From Candidatus Heimdallarchaeota archaeon (GTDB taxonomy: Archaea; Asgardarchaeota; Heimdallarchaeia; Heimdallarchaeales; Heimdallarchaeaceae), in contig JAUVXV010000011.1 in NCBI GenBank assembly GCA_030603365.1, forward strand, positions 79,307 to 143,306: DNA of 64,000 nucleotides, read 5' to 3'. The notes below the pieces were generated by a model. That model searched no databases. It was not told the DNA's origin and worked only from the letters and a program-made list of their open reading frames with translations. Positions 10,006 to 19,236 of this stretch are shown here, in pieces. Made by a program: the position numbers and the translations under genes. Position 1 is the first letter of the stretch; each line of letters opens with the position of its first letter.

Positions 10006-11310
10006 TTAGAGATTTTTGATAATTTCTCTGAGAAGATTCATTCCTTCATCGATTTCTTCTTTATTTACATTCAGATAAGGTCGAAATCGAATAGTCTTTT
10101 CACCACAACCAAGAAGCAGGAATTCTTTGTCATAAGCTTGAGTTAGTATTTTATCTCGCATTTCTGAAGAAGGTAAATCAAAAGCAATCATCAAACCTAA
10201 ACCACGAGCATTTGACACCTTATCAGGAAATTCTTCTTGTAGCTCGTAGGTTTGTTTAAGCATATACTCACCCCTTTTTGCTGCATTATCAACGAGCTTT
10301 TCTTTCTCTATAATTTCAAGATACTTATTTGCTCGAAACATATCTACAAGATTTCCACCAAAAGTACTATTAATTCTACTACTCTCCTCGAAGACATTAT
10401 TTTCTATTTCTTTTACTCTGTTTGAAGCTAGTATTCCACTGACTTGCAACTTTTTACCAAAACTGATTATGTCAGGATTAGCTTTTTCAAAGTGCTCAAA
10501 TGCCCAAAATTTACCAGTCAATCCTACTCCTGTTTGAATTTCATCGTAAATTAAAAGAAAGTCATGCTTATCAGCCATTTCACGTAATTTTTGGAAGAAT
10601 TGGGGACGAAGATGATTATCTCCACCTTCGGATTGTATGGGTTCGACTATCAAGCAAGCAATATCATCACCATACATGTCTATCGCATCATGTATTTCTT
10701 GACAACTTTTTTCCTCAGCCATTACAATTTGTTCAAAATTATCTTCAATAGGGAAAGTAACTTTAGGGCTGGAGACTCGAGGCCATTTGAATTTTGGAAA
10801 ATATTTTATCTTTCTAGAATCGAAGGTATTAGTTAAACTAAGAGTATAACCTGAACGTCCATGAAAAGCTTGCTCAAAATGAATTACCTTACTCCCAACT
10901 TCATCTTCAAAACCTTTCTTGAAATTATTCCTAACCTTCCAATCAAAAGATGCTTTAAGTGCATTTTCAACAGCAAGAGCTCCTCCACTAATTAAGAACA
11001 AGTTAGGGAGAAAATCAGGTATTCCAACTCGACCAAAAGTTTCAACAAAATCACCCATCTCGTCTGTATAAAAATCTGAACTGCTTGGTTTATTTACAGC
11101 TACAGATGCAAGTTGATTCAGAAATTCTTTCTCAAGCATATCTGGATGATTAAACCCAACTGGAGATGAAGCAAAGAACGAAAAGAAATCTAAGAATGAT
11201 TTACCAGATTTCTTATCAACAAGTCTACATCCTTGACTTTTTTCTAAATCAACAATCATGTTAAAACCGTCAGCAAGCATATATTTTCCTATTTTCTCGA
11301 TAGCATCCAT
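10006..11310 (-). CDS. lat: L-lysine 6-aminotransferase (class III PLP)
   Basis: FLDFFSFFAS, NKPSSSD, GGALAVENALKASFDWK, FHGRSGYTLSLTNT, EPIQSEGGDNH, FGKK and SRINSTFGG. Confidence 0.93.
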   Translation of the reverse strand: MDAIEKIGKYMLADGFNMIVDLEKSQGCRLVDKKSGKSFLDFFSFFASSPVGFNHPDMLEKEFLNQLASVAVNKPSSSDFYTDEMGDFVETFGRVGIPDFLPNLFLISGGALAVENALKASFDWKVRNNFKKGFEDEVGSKVIHFEQAFHGRSGYTLSLTNTFDSRKIKYFPKFKWPRVSSPKVTFPIEDNFEQIVMAEEKSCQEIHDAIDMYGDDIACLIVEPIQSEGGDNHLRPQFFQKLREMADKHDFLLIYDEIQTGVGLTGKFWAFEHFEKANPDIISFGKKLQVSGILASNRVKEIENNVFEESSRINSTFGGNLVDMFRANKYLEIIEKEKLVDNAAKRGEYMLKQTYELQEEFPDKVSNARGLGLMIAFDLPSSEMRDKILTQAYDKEFLLLGCGEKTIRFRPYLNVNKEEIDEGMNLLREIIKNL

Positions 11311-11348
11311 TTACAGAACTCTCCTATGAGAGCATAAAAATTTGAATG

Positions 11349-11356
11349 TTTATAAA
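11349..11356 (-). promoter_or_regulatory. TATA box of lat
   Basis: TTTATAAA about 40-46 nt upstream of the ATG, with a GGAGAG Shine-Dalgarno-like site in the short leader. Confidence 0.55.
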
Positions 11357-11389
11357 TTGAACTGAATGACATCAAAAGGTGGTGGAAAA

Positions 11390-11479
11390 TGCCGATATGA
11401 AAGAGGAAATTTGAGTGGCTTATCAAACGGAGCGTTCGACCACTCATCCATCCTCTAGGGCAAGGGGTGCCTATCGGCA
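11390..11479 (-). ncRNA. Candidate structured non-coding RNA (90 nt, three-way junction)
   Basis: GC-rich intergenic island with nested helices UGCCGAUA/UAUCGGCA, GGCA/UGCC, AGAGGA/UCCUCU, UGAGUGG/CCACUCA and UCGAACG/CGUUUGA. The G-U pair forms only on the minus strand. A TATTTAAAA box is at 11499-11507 and UUUU follows the closing helix. Confidence 0.65.
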
Positions 11480-11591
11480 GTTACACAATGATTTTTCTTT
11501 TTAAATAGATTCTAATAGTTCTATCCGCAATTGTTAGAAACATTTTAGAAGTTCTTTTGGCAATTTTTTATACTTAAAAAGTTCTAAACGG

Positions 11592-12455
11592 ATGAGTACT
11601 ATGCGAGAAATCAAAATGTATGTTGGTTGTACGGGTTTTAACTATGAAGATTGGAAAGCACAGCATGGTTCTTTTTACCCACCTAAAATTGACAGATTTG
11701 ATTTACTTGAATTCTATTCTACACAATTCACTACTTGTGAGATTAATTCTACGTTCTATGCATTTCCAAAATTAGAAACTACTATTAGGTGGGCTAAATC
11801 ACTTCCTGATGATTTTGTTCTAACCGCAAAAATACCCAAATCAATATGTCAAGCTGATCTTCTTTCAGGTGTTGAGAAACCTCTAAATGATTTCTTAAAA
11901 ATTTTGCATCCTTTGAAGAAGAATTTAGGACCTCTAGTTATGCAACTTAAACCTAGTTTTGAAAAGAATGAAACAAATCTAGAACAAATTGTTGATTTCA
12001 TCGATTTTTTCCCTCATAATAACTATGAATTAATAATGGAGTTTAGACATTCAACTTGGTTCAATGAAGAAACATATGACTTACTCAATGAGAAGAAACT
12101 TGGAATCGTTAGTTCTTATCTTCCTTACATTAAATTTAATCTCTTTGAAGAAGTAAAAAAAGAGCATTTCTATCTAAGGCTGATAGGTTCTCACCAACAA
12201 CAAATTGGGTTAGGTAAGGAACTTAAAGACAGAACAAATTACATGGAAGAAACAGCTGATAATCTTCTACAAGCTTACCAAAACAATTCTAACAAATCAA
12301 CAGGATATGTGTTTATCAACAATCATTTTTCAGGGTATGCACCACCAGCTGCTAGAAAATTCAAAGAAATGTTACAAGAAAGGGATATTTCGATAGTTGA
12401 ACCAGCAAACACTGTGTTTAAGGGACAGCAAAAACTAGCAGATTTCTTTGGTTAA
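11592..12455 (+). CDS. DUF72 (YecE-like) TIM-barrel protein
   Basis: VGCTGFNY..W, EINSTFY, KIPK, EFRH.TW, YLRLIG and FINNH. Confidence 0.9.
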   Translation: MSTMREIKMYVGCTGFNYEDWKAQHGSFYPPKIDRFDLLEFYSTQFTTCEINSTFYAFPKLETTIRWAKSLPDDFVLTAKIPKSICQADLLSGVEKPLNDFLKILHPLKKNLGPLVMQLKPSFEKNETNLEQIVDFIDFFPHNNYELIMEFRHSTWFNEETYDLLNEKKLGIVSSYLPYIKFNLFEEVKKEHFYLRLIGSHQQQIGLGKELKDRTNYMEETADNLLQAYQNNSNKSTGYVFINNHFSGYAPPAARKFKEMLQERDISIVEPANTVFKGQQKLADFFG

Positions 12456-12623
12456 GCTTGATAGCACTTTTTTTTAATATGTTTCTTAAAAAGTTAGATA
12501 GACACTCTTCATTATCCCTTTGTATATCTCTAAATTCAATGTCATTTTCTAAATAATATTTCTATATGCTAAAGTGTAAATTTGTTTTTGAAGTAATTTT
12601 ATGACAAAAAAAAATGCTTGTTA

Positions 12624-13232
12624 TTATTCATTATGTGAATCCACAAGGATTTGAAATCCACAAAATGTGCAGAATTTATTTTGAACCAATTGTTTTGTTC
12701 CACATTTACTACAGAAGAAAAACCTTTGTTGTTTTAAGAAAGAATGGGTTGTAGTAGATGAACCATACTCTATTTCTCTCTTAAAAGGTTTAACTTTGAA
12801 TCCTCCTGTTATCGCTCCTCCTGCAATTATACTTGCCGGAAGAAGAAAGGTATACAAGAACCAAAGGATAATCACAATCCAACTCCAAACAATATACCAA
12901 GTAGAATACCAACCCCAAATGATAGAATAGTAGATCATTAAAGCTAATCCTCCTCCAAATGTGACTATTGCGTTTGGTGCGATTATCATAACAACATCTC
13001 CTTTCTGTCTAACAAATAATCCTGAAACTAAACCAGAAATGAGAAAGATAATTAGTCCAAGAATTGTGAAAAACCAAACCCAAACCCCTGCTTCATAGCT
13101 AGTTGCATAGCTGAAAAACCAAACCATAGCAACAAAGTACGTACTAGAAATCGCTAGACCAATTATTATCCCCAAGAAAGGATAGAGAAAACTTTTGAAG
13201 GATTTTTCATTTTGTTCTGTTCTTCTATTCAT
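12624..13232 (-). CDS. Multi-TM membrane protein with C-terminal zinc ribbon
   Basis: About 4 TM helices followed by CSKCG...KFCTFCG. Confidence 0.75.
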   Translation of the reverse strand: MNRRTEQNEKSFKSFLYPFLGIIIGLAISSTYFVAMVWFFSYATSYEAGVWVWFFTILGLIIFLISGLVSGLFVRQKGDVVMIIAPNAIVTFGGGLALMIYYSIIWGWYSTWYIVWSWIVIILWFLYTFLLPASIIAGGAITGGFKVKPFKREIEYGSSTTTHSFLKQQRFFFCSKCGTKQLVQNKFCTFCGFQILVDSHNE

Positions 13233-13454
13233 ATCACTTCACCTAAAATTTCCTTTTTCTAAACTGTTAAGTGTCTTCTTGAAACTATATAAGGTTTTTT
13301 TATTAATCAAATGATAGTGTTAATTTAACGTATTAAAACCTCTAGAACCATTCTGTAACAACTATAATTTCGCTTTTAGGCAAAAGTTTCTTCGACAATG
13401 AACTTTAAATAAAAAAAATGGAAAAGCTAATGATTTGAAGAAAGAGGTTTTTTA

Positions 13455-14861
13455 ATGAAAAAAACTAGAAAAAAAGTCTCATTAGTATTAGTTTTAGTTC
13501 TTTTAGTTCAATTCCTTACAATATCTATTCAAGCATCTCAAATACTGTATGAGCGTGGTGAATCGTCTGAAGATAACAAAATCTATTCGTATACAATATC
13601 AAGTATATTAGAAATTGATGAAGATAATGATTTTATTTCATATGGTTTTAATGGTTCAGGAACAGAAGTAGACCCTTATCGAATTGAAAATCTAAACATT
13701 ACAACATCAGAAGACCATTGTATATTTATCAATAACGTCTCAAAATATTTTGTAATCCAAAATTGTTATCTGGATAGTGGTAGAAGTGCAATTCATCTGT
13801 ATTATATAGCTCATGGAATAGGGTTAATTTTCAATAATACTTGTTGCAATAATTATGAAGCAACAGGAAGTTATGGGGAAATATACGGATACGGTATGGA
13901 AATCCAGGGTGCTCCTGGAACAACAATAATTGAAAATACTTGTTACAGTAATGATATATTCGGAATTCTAATTAGTGAATCACCGAATTCAGAAATCCAA
14001 AATAATCATTGTTATAATAACACTGAATCAGGTATTCTTGTTTTAACTTCTGATGAAACATTGGTAGAGGATAATATTTGTCATAATAATACTCTATATG
14101 GTATAGAACTATACGGACGTTACGGTTATTCATACTGGGATACATCCAATGATTGCACAGTTAAATCCAATATATGTTATGATAATTCAGCTGGAATTTC
14201 AATGTTTGGGGTGAATAATACAATTGAAGGAAATTTATGTTATGATAATGAATATGGTATAACTATACTTAGTGATAAAAGCTTAATCCTGAGTAATACT
14301 TTGAGAAACAATGAATATGGAGCTTATCTAGATGGACGAGCTTTAGTGGTATATAATAATACGTTTGATTCCAATAATATTAATGGTGTTTATTGTTATT
14401 TGTATAGGTCAATAATTCTCTATAACACAATTAAAAATAACATAGATTATGGATTTTTATTTGAGGCAGCATTAAAAAATACAATCTACTATAACTGTTT
14501 CACTCAAAATAATTTAGAGAGTAGTTCTCAAGCATACGACTCAAGAGATGACAATGATTGGTTTCACGAAGATTCGAAAATTGGCAACTACTGGGATGAT
14601 CTTGGTGATTCAAATGAGTACCTAATAGCTGGTTCCGGAGAAGCTAAAGATGAATATCCTTTAAACTCTTGTTTCTCTGAATTAGGACCGATTCCACCAA
14701 TTCCAGAAATACCAGATATATTTGAAGACATCGATAGGATCATGAAATTCATCCTAAATGTTCTTTATAGTGTTATTGGAATATCAGTTATTGTTGCAAT
14801 AATTGTTGGCTTAATCGTGCTAAGAAAATATTGGAAAAGAAAAAACAAAGACAGCATTTAA
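13455..14861 (+). CDS. Secreted, membrane-anchored right-handed beta-helix (NosD-like) protein
   Basis: Signal peptide, GSGTEVDPYRIEN, repeated N.CY.N...GI units, GNYWDD...DEYPL, C-terminal TM plus basic tail. Confidence 0.85.
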   Translation: MKKTRKKVSLVLVLVLLVQFLTISIQASQILYERGESSEDNKIYSYTISSILEIDEDNDFISYGFNGSGTEVDPYRIENLNITTSEDHCIFINNVSKYFVIQNCYLDSGRSAIHLYYIAHGIGLIFNNTCCNNYEATGSYGEIYGYGMEIQGAPGTTIIENTCYSNDIFGILISESPNSEIQNNHCYNNTESGILVLTSDETLVEDNICHNNTLYGIELYGRYGYSYWDTSNDCTVKSNICYDNSAGISMFGVNNTIEGNLCYDNEYGITILSDKSLILSNTLRNNEYGAYLDGRALVVYNNTFDSNNINGVYCYLYRSIILYNTIKNNIDYGFLFEAALKNTIYYNCFTQNNLESSSQAYDSRDDNDWFHEDSKIGNYWDDLGDSNEYLIAGSGEAKDEYPLNSCFSELGPIPPIPEIPDIFEDIDRIMKFILNVLYSVIGISVIVAIIVGLIVLRKYWKRKNKDSI

Positions 14862-15015
14862 TAAAAATCTAGTCTTAGCAATTTGTTTATCATTTTCCGG
14901 AATATTAATTTTTTTAAATCCATTAAGAAAAATATAAAAGGTGGTCAAAAAAGATTAATCTAATCTAGAAGATGTTCATATAATCTAGAAAGTAAAATAT
15001 ACAGGATGATAAATT

Positions 15016-16125
15016 TTGACAGAAAAAAGTGTTTATTTGCATTCAATTGCAACAACTGTTCCTGAGAAATACTATACTCAAAAATTCGCTCTTAAGTATA
15101 TGAAAAAAATAGTCGCAGATACAGCTTATAAAAAAGTATTTCTGAATAAAGTATACAAAGGGACTGAAATCAGAAAGCGACATTCTGTTATTGATGATTA
15201 TGGAAAAGACCCCAGCGAATTCACTTTTTATCCCAAGAACAAGACACTTAGACCTGAACCTACAACTAAACAAAGAAACGATCTTTATGCAAAGGAAGCA
15301 CTTAGGCTAGGAAAACAAGCTGTCGAGAAACTATTCAAAGCAAACCCTAAGTTTGACAAGAGTAAAATCTCTCATGTTATAACAGTTACATGTACAGGTT
15401 TTGATGCTCCAGGACTTGATTATTTTATCGTTAAAGACTTCGATTTAAACCCCAGAATGGACAGATATATCCTTGGATTTATGGGATGTCAAGCTGCTAT
15501 CAATGCCTTGAAGCTAGCAAAGGATTTATGCCATTCAAATCCTGAAGCACGAGTTTTGATAGTCAATGTTGAATTATGTTCAGTACATCTACAACAACCA
15601 TGGAATACAGACCAAGTTATTGCTAATGCCATCTTTGCTGATGGTATTTCTGCTGCTCTTGTTTCCAGTGTTGAAAATGACTGTGAGGGAAGTAAATTTG
15701 TCTTACATGATTTTGCTACTGAAATTGTTCCAGGTACTGAAGAAGATATGGCGTGGAATATAGGTGATACTGGATTTGGAATGAAACTTACCTTAAATGT
15801 ACCAAGAGTTGTTAAAGCAAACATTGCCAGTATTCTTGAAGAGATTCTAGATAAAGCTAATAAAACTAAAGATGATATAAAAATTTGGGCAATTCATCCT
15901 GGTGGAAAAACTATTCTTACTAAATCCCAAGAAGCTTTAGACTTAACTCCTGAAGATCTTGATGCTTCATATCATGTCATGCATGAGTATGGTAATATGA
16001 GTTCAGCGACTATCATGTTTGTATTAGAACATATTTTGAAAGACAATGAGAAAAAAGGTCTAACTTTTACAACATCTTTTGGTCCAGGAATGACTATTGA
16101 ATCTGCATTGATGGAGAAAATATAA
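15016..16125 (+). CDS. Type III polyketide synthase (chalcone-synthase-like)
   Basis: TCTG..PGLD, catalytic Cys in MGCQAA, ELCSVH, FADG, catalytic His in IHPGG, catalytic Asn in GNMSS, FGPG. Confidence 0.93.
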   Translation: MTEKSVYLHSIATTVPEKYYTQKFALKYMKKIVADTAYKKVFLNKVYKGTEIRKRHSVIDDYGKDPSEFTFYPKNKTLRPEPTTKQRNDLYAKEALRLGKQAVEKLFKANPKFDKSKISHVITVTCTGFDAPGLDYFIVKDFDLNPRMDRYILGFMGCQAAINALKLAKDLCHSNPEARVLIVNVELCSVHLQQPWNTDQVIANAIFADGISAALVSSVENDCEGSKFVLHDFATEIVPGTEEDMAWNIGDTGFGMKLTLNVPRVVKANIASILEEILDKANKTKDDIKIWAIHPGGKTILTKSQEALDLTPEDLDASYHVMHEYGNMSSATIMFVLEHILKDNEKKGLTFTTSFGPGMTIESALMEKI

Positions 16126-16152
16126 GAAAAACAAAGAAAAAGGAGAAAAAGA

Positions 16153-17604
16153 TTAAACCTTTATTTTCTTCCAGAATTTTTTAGCTGACTTGTTACCACC
16201 AAATCCTAACATCCTCCCAACATATGGCCAGAGTGGATTGAAGATTGGAAGGTACATAACTATCCAATTAGCCATCTTATGCCACCAAGATGGTTTGTGA
16301 TTATATTCACAATCTGAAATGCAAACAGAACAATCACCAGCATTTTCTAACCAGAACAGATAGCATGTTTCAACATTGACATACCATTTTTTAGCACCTG
16401 GATTATTACTAATACCTGTTGTTTTATAAGAAGGATATTTATCAAAGGGAATAGAGGCACTTGGACACTTCTCTGCACAGGTCATGCATGTTCTGCAGAA
16501 TTTTTCTACTGATTTAGCAAATTTATAATCAGGTTTATCAAGAGCAAGAGGAATATCAGTCAGAATTTTTGCTACCCTTACCCTAGGACCATAATCTCTA
16601 GTGATCAACAATCCATGTCTTCCCCATCCTCCCAATCCAGCTTCAACTGCTAGGGGGACCGAGATTCCTAGAGAATTTCCTGCAGGTATTGCTTCATATC
16701 CTAGATTTTTGATGAAACTGGATACTAATGTTCTAACAAAAGCTATTTTAGAATAACCTAAACCTGTAGCAATTCCTCCTGGCATTTTTGGTGTTGTATT
16801 AATAGCATCTAAATCCATCTCAACTGCAATTACTATTGCATATTGAATTGAATCTGGAATGATATATTCTCTATCCATCCGATCATGCGAATAAATCCAT
16901 TTAGGATCAAATTTAGTAACACCAATAAGATTAGCCCCATACAATTTAGCAACTTTCTTCAACCAGATGGTCATTTCTTTGGGATCTTTGACATCATATA
17001 CGTAAGGTTCTTGAACATCATAATTCACTTGTTTTACATTGCGTTTTGCCTTCTCAGCTTCCATTTTCTTAAGTTCTTCTTCAGAAAGAGTCTTACGTCT
17101 TTCCATTTGGAATTCGCGCATACTTACCATGTTCTCAATTGACCAAGATGCATCTACAGCTGCACGTTCGATTTCAGAATAACCATCCAATCCCATAGCA
17201 GCTCTTTCATGAGCTTTCGCATAAATTGGTTTCTTATAACCTTCATACTCTTCGTCCCACATTCTTCTACTGAAAATAGTATACTTCTCATTGAACTGCT
17301 CATAAACCTCTTCGTTAAGTTCGAAAGGTTTCTTCTCTTGCTTACTTGCTTTACTTGGTTTTTTAGACTTTAGAACTTCTGTGGGAATCACCTTGTTTTT
17401 CTTTGATGTTGCAGTGATAGCTTCAAAAGGACAGACATAAACACATTGTAAACAACTTATACAATTAGTGTGGTTCACCTCAGCAATAGTTTTACCAATC
17501 TTAATTGCTTCCTTACCCTTTTTGTTCTGAGGACAAACTTCTACACATTCATGTTGACATTTTGATGGAACACAAAGTTTCTTCTGAATCTTGATACTCA
17601 TCAA
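16153..17604 (-). CDS. rdhA: Reductive dehalogenase (cobalamin, Fe-S) with N-terminal RLI-type ferredoxin domain
   Basis: KKVAKLYGANLIG, AGLGGWGRHGLLITRDYGPRVR, FCRTCMTCAEKCPS and C..FW....DCSVCISDC; N-terminal CVPSKCQHECVEVCP...CISCLQCVYVCPFEAI; no TAT RRxFLK signal. Confidence 0.88.
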   Translation of the reverse strand: MMSIKIQKKLCVPSKCQHECVEVCPQNKKGKEAIKIGKTIAEVNHTNCISCLQCVYVCPFEAITATSKKNKVIPTEVLKSKKPSKASKQEKKPFELNEEVYEQFNEKYTIFSRRMWDEEYEGYKKPIYAKAHERAAMGLDGYSEIERAAVDASWSIENMVSMREFQMERRKTLSEEELKKMEAEKAKRNVKQVNYDVQEPYVYDVKDPKEMTIWLKKVAKLYGANLIGVTKFDPKWIYSHDRMDREYIIPDSIQYAIVIAVEMDLDAINTTPKMPGGIATGLGYSKIAFVRTLVSSFIKNLGYEAIPAGNSLGISVPLAVEAGLGGWGRHGLLITRDYGPRVRVAKILTDIPLALDKPDYKFAKSVEKFCRTCMTCAEKCPSASIPFDKYPSYKTTGISNNPGAKKWYVNVETCYLFWLENAGDCSVCISDCEYNHKPSWWHKMANWIVMYLPIFNPLWPYVGRMLGFGGNKSAKKFWKKIKV

Positions 17605-17645
17605 GCAAGAGCAAAATTATGTATAAATAAAGTTTTGGTGAATTC

Positions 17646-19196
17646 TCAAGCTTCATCATTTGCATTCTTTAACCAGAAGTAATCTTCCCCTCTCTTGCTT
17701 ACTTTGTCTTCTTCACAAAGTTTAGCTAAAATAACGTCTGCAACATTTCTTGCCAGACATTCCCATTCAAATTGGGCTAATGAGTGAATTTCTTGCATGA
17801 TAGAGTCTCGAGATGTAATTCCTGATTTCAGCTGTTCAATAGCAGTTTTTTCGTATTTAGAAAAGTGTAGTAAGTTAAATGAAATGATAGATTTTAAATC
17901 TGTAATAAAGTCTCTATGACCAGTTAATGCATATTTGACTTTGAATTTTGAAATTCGATTATAACTTTGTATTAAATCAGAATAAGCTCCGGGATATTGA
18001 GCAATTGAGCTAATCATATCTTTATGAAATAGACTACTAGCAAAGAGTACTCCTCTGGGATCCCAAAAACCTATTTGACCTTCAGTATAGCCTGGAAGAT
18101 TTACAGTTTCTAGTTCCCATTTACTTAGTCCTAAAGGTGTATAAGATCCTAAGTCCATCTTGGTTCCATCTTCTAGATAAGAATTGAAAATAAAATCATC
18201 ATCTACAAGATCTTCTGCAGTCTTTTTTGATGCGAAAATTGGTAAGTTATATTCATCTTTAAAATGAAGAGCTTGGTTAACGTGATCAGCATATGAATTA
18301 GTAAGCAGTATCCCTTCCATTTTGTCAATGTTCTTTTCAATATATTCTATAATAGGAGAGATATTTTTCTTAACAGTTGATCCCGGATCAATAATATACC
18401 GTTTTTGATTTCCTACGATATAGATATTAGATTCACTAAAAGGTTTTGGAGTATGTGCTGGGGTCTTAAATGTCCAAATATAGGGAAGAAAACCTGTTTC
18501 TTTGAAAGTTATAAGAGATTTTTTAGCTTCAAGCTCTCTTGCAGTATCGACGAGTTTCTTTTTTTCTTCATGTAGTTTGTACATTATTGTAGTAGTTGCA
18601 TTATCGAATACATCTTTCATCTTTTCATAATCGTTGATAATCTTGGATGGTTCAAACCACTTACCTTGGATTTCCGGAGTTTGGTTTTTACCTATAAGAA
18701 ACTCTGAATACTGTGAGAGTCTAGTAGAGTCTCTTAAACCAGTTGCAGGAGAGATAAACAGATAGTAATTAGGATACAAAGTTCTTTCATCCATTAATAA
18801 TCGTTGAAATCCACACGGAACCATTGAATGAAAGAGAACATTAAGATAAGTGGGGTCCATTTCTAAAATTTGTTGACGGAAATCGAGTGATGCTGAAATA
18901 GAACTGTTAAGCTCAGGATCAATAATTAAATTGCGTTCTAGTAGTAGTCTTAAGGCTACAATTTTGTCTCGCATGTGTTCGGAGATATCACCATGTTTCT
19001 CATGTAACTCATTGTATAAGACCTCATCTTTTGCAGTTAAGATAGAAGCAATAGGAGTCCATGATGAAGGAAATTTAGGAATATTTTTTCCTCTCCTAAT
19101 TAAGTAAAAATTATATTTTCCTTTATCTATGCGGAAAACAAAAACTACAACAGCTCTAAGTTCCTTCATTCTTTCAAGCAAGCAGTTGTTAATCAT
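17646..19196 (-). CDS. Nudix-like + metallo-beta-lactamase (LACTB2-like) fusion, catalytic residues degenerate
   Basis: N-terminal Nudix-like YLIRR..FP..W...ALRLLLE; MBL fold SNIYIVG..IIDPG, with TNSYADH in place of HxHxDH, PGYT and TGH. Confidence 0.65.
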   Translation of the reverse strand: MINNCLLERMKELRAVVVFVFRIDKGKYNFYLIRRGKNIPKFPSSWTPIASILTAKDEVLYNELHEKHGDISEHMRDKIVALRLLLERNLIIDPELNSSISASLDFRQQILEMDPTYLNVLFHSMVPCGFQRLLMDERTLYPNYYLFISPATGLRDSTRLSQYSEFLIGKNQTPEIQGKWFEPSKIINDYEKMKDVFDNATTTIMYKLHEEKKKLVDTARELEAKKSLITFKETGFLPYIWTFKTPAHTPKPFSESNIYIVGNQKRYIIDPGSTVKKNISPIIEYIEKNIDKMEGILLTNSYADHVNQALHFKDEYNLPIFASKKTAEDLVDDDFIFNSYLEDGTKMDLGSYTPLGLSKWELETVNLPGYTEGQIGFWDPRGVLFASSLFHKDMISSIAQYPGAYSDLIQSYNRISKFKVKYALTGHRDFITDLKSIISFNLLHFSKYEKTAIEQLKSGITSRDSIMQEIHSLAQFEWECLARNVADVILAKLCEEDKVSKRGEDYFWLKNANDEA

Positions 19197-19236
19197 TATT
19201 TAACTACTGCTCTCCAAAATCGAGTAACAAGGAAAA

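Noticed and set aside
11390-11479. 5S rRNA, functional tRNA (Ser/Sec), SECIS or lysine riboswitch as the identity of the structured RNA
   Set aside because: Too short and lacking conserved loops for 5S or the ~170-nt lysine riboswitch; no intact D stem, anticodon stem or T arm; no tandem G-A quartet for a SECIS.
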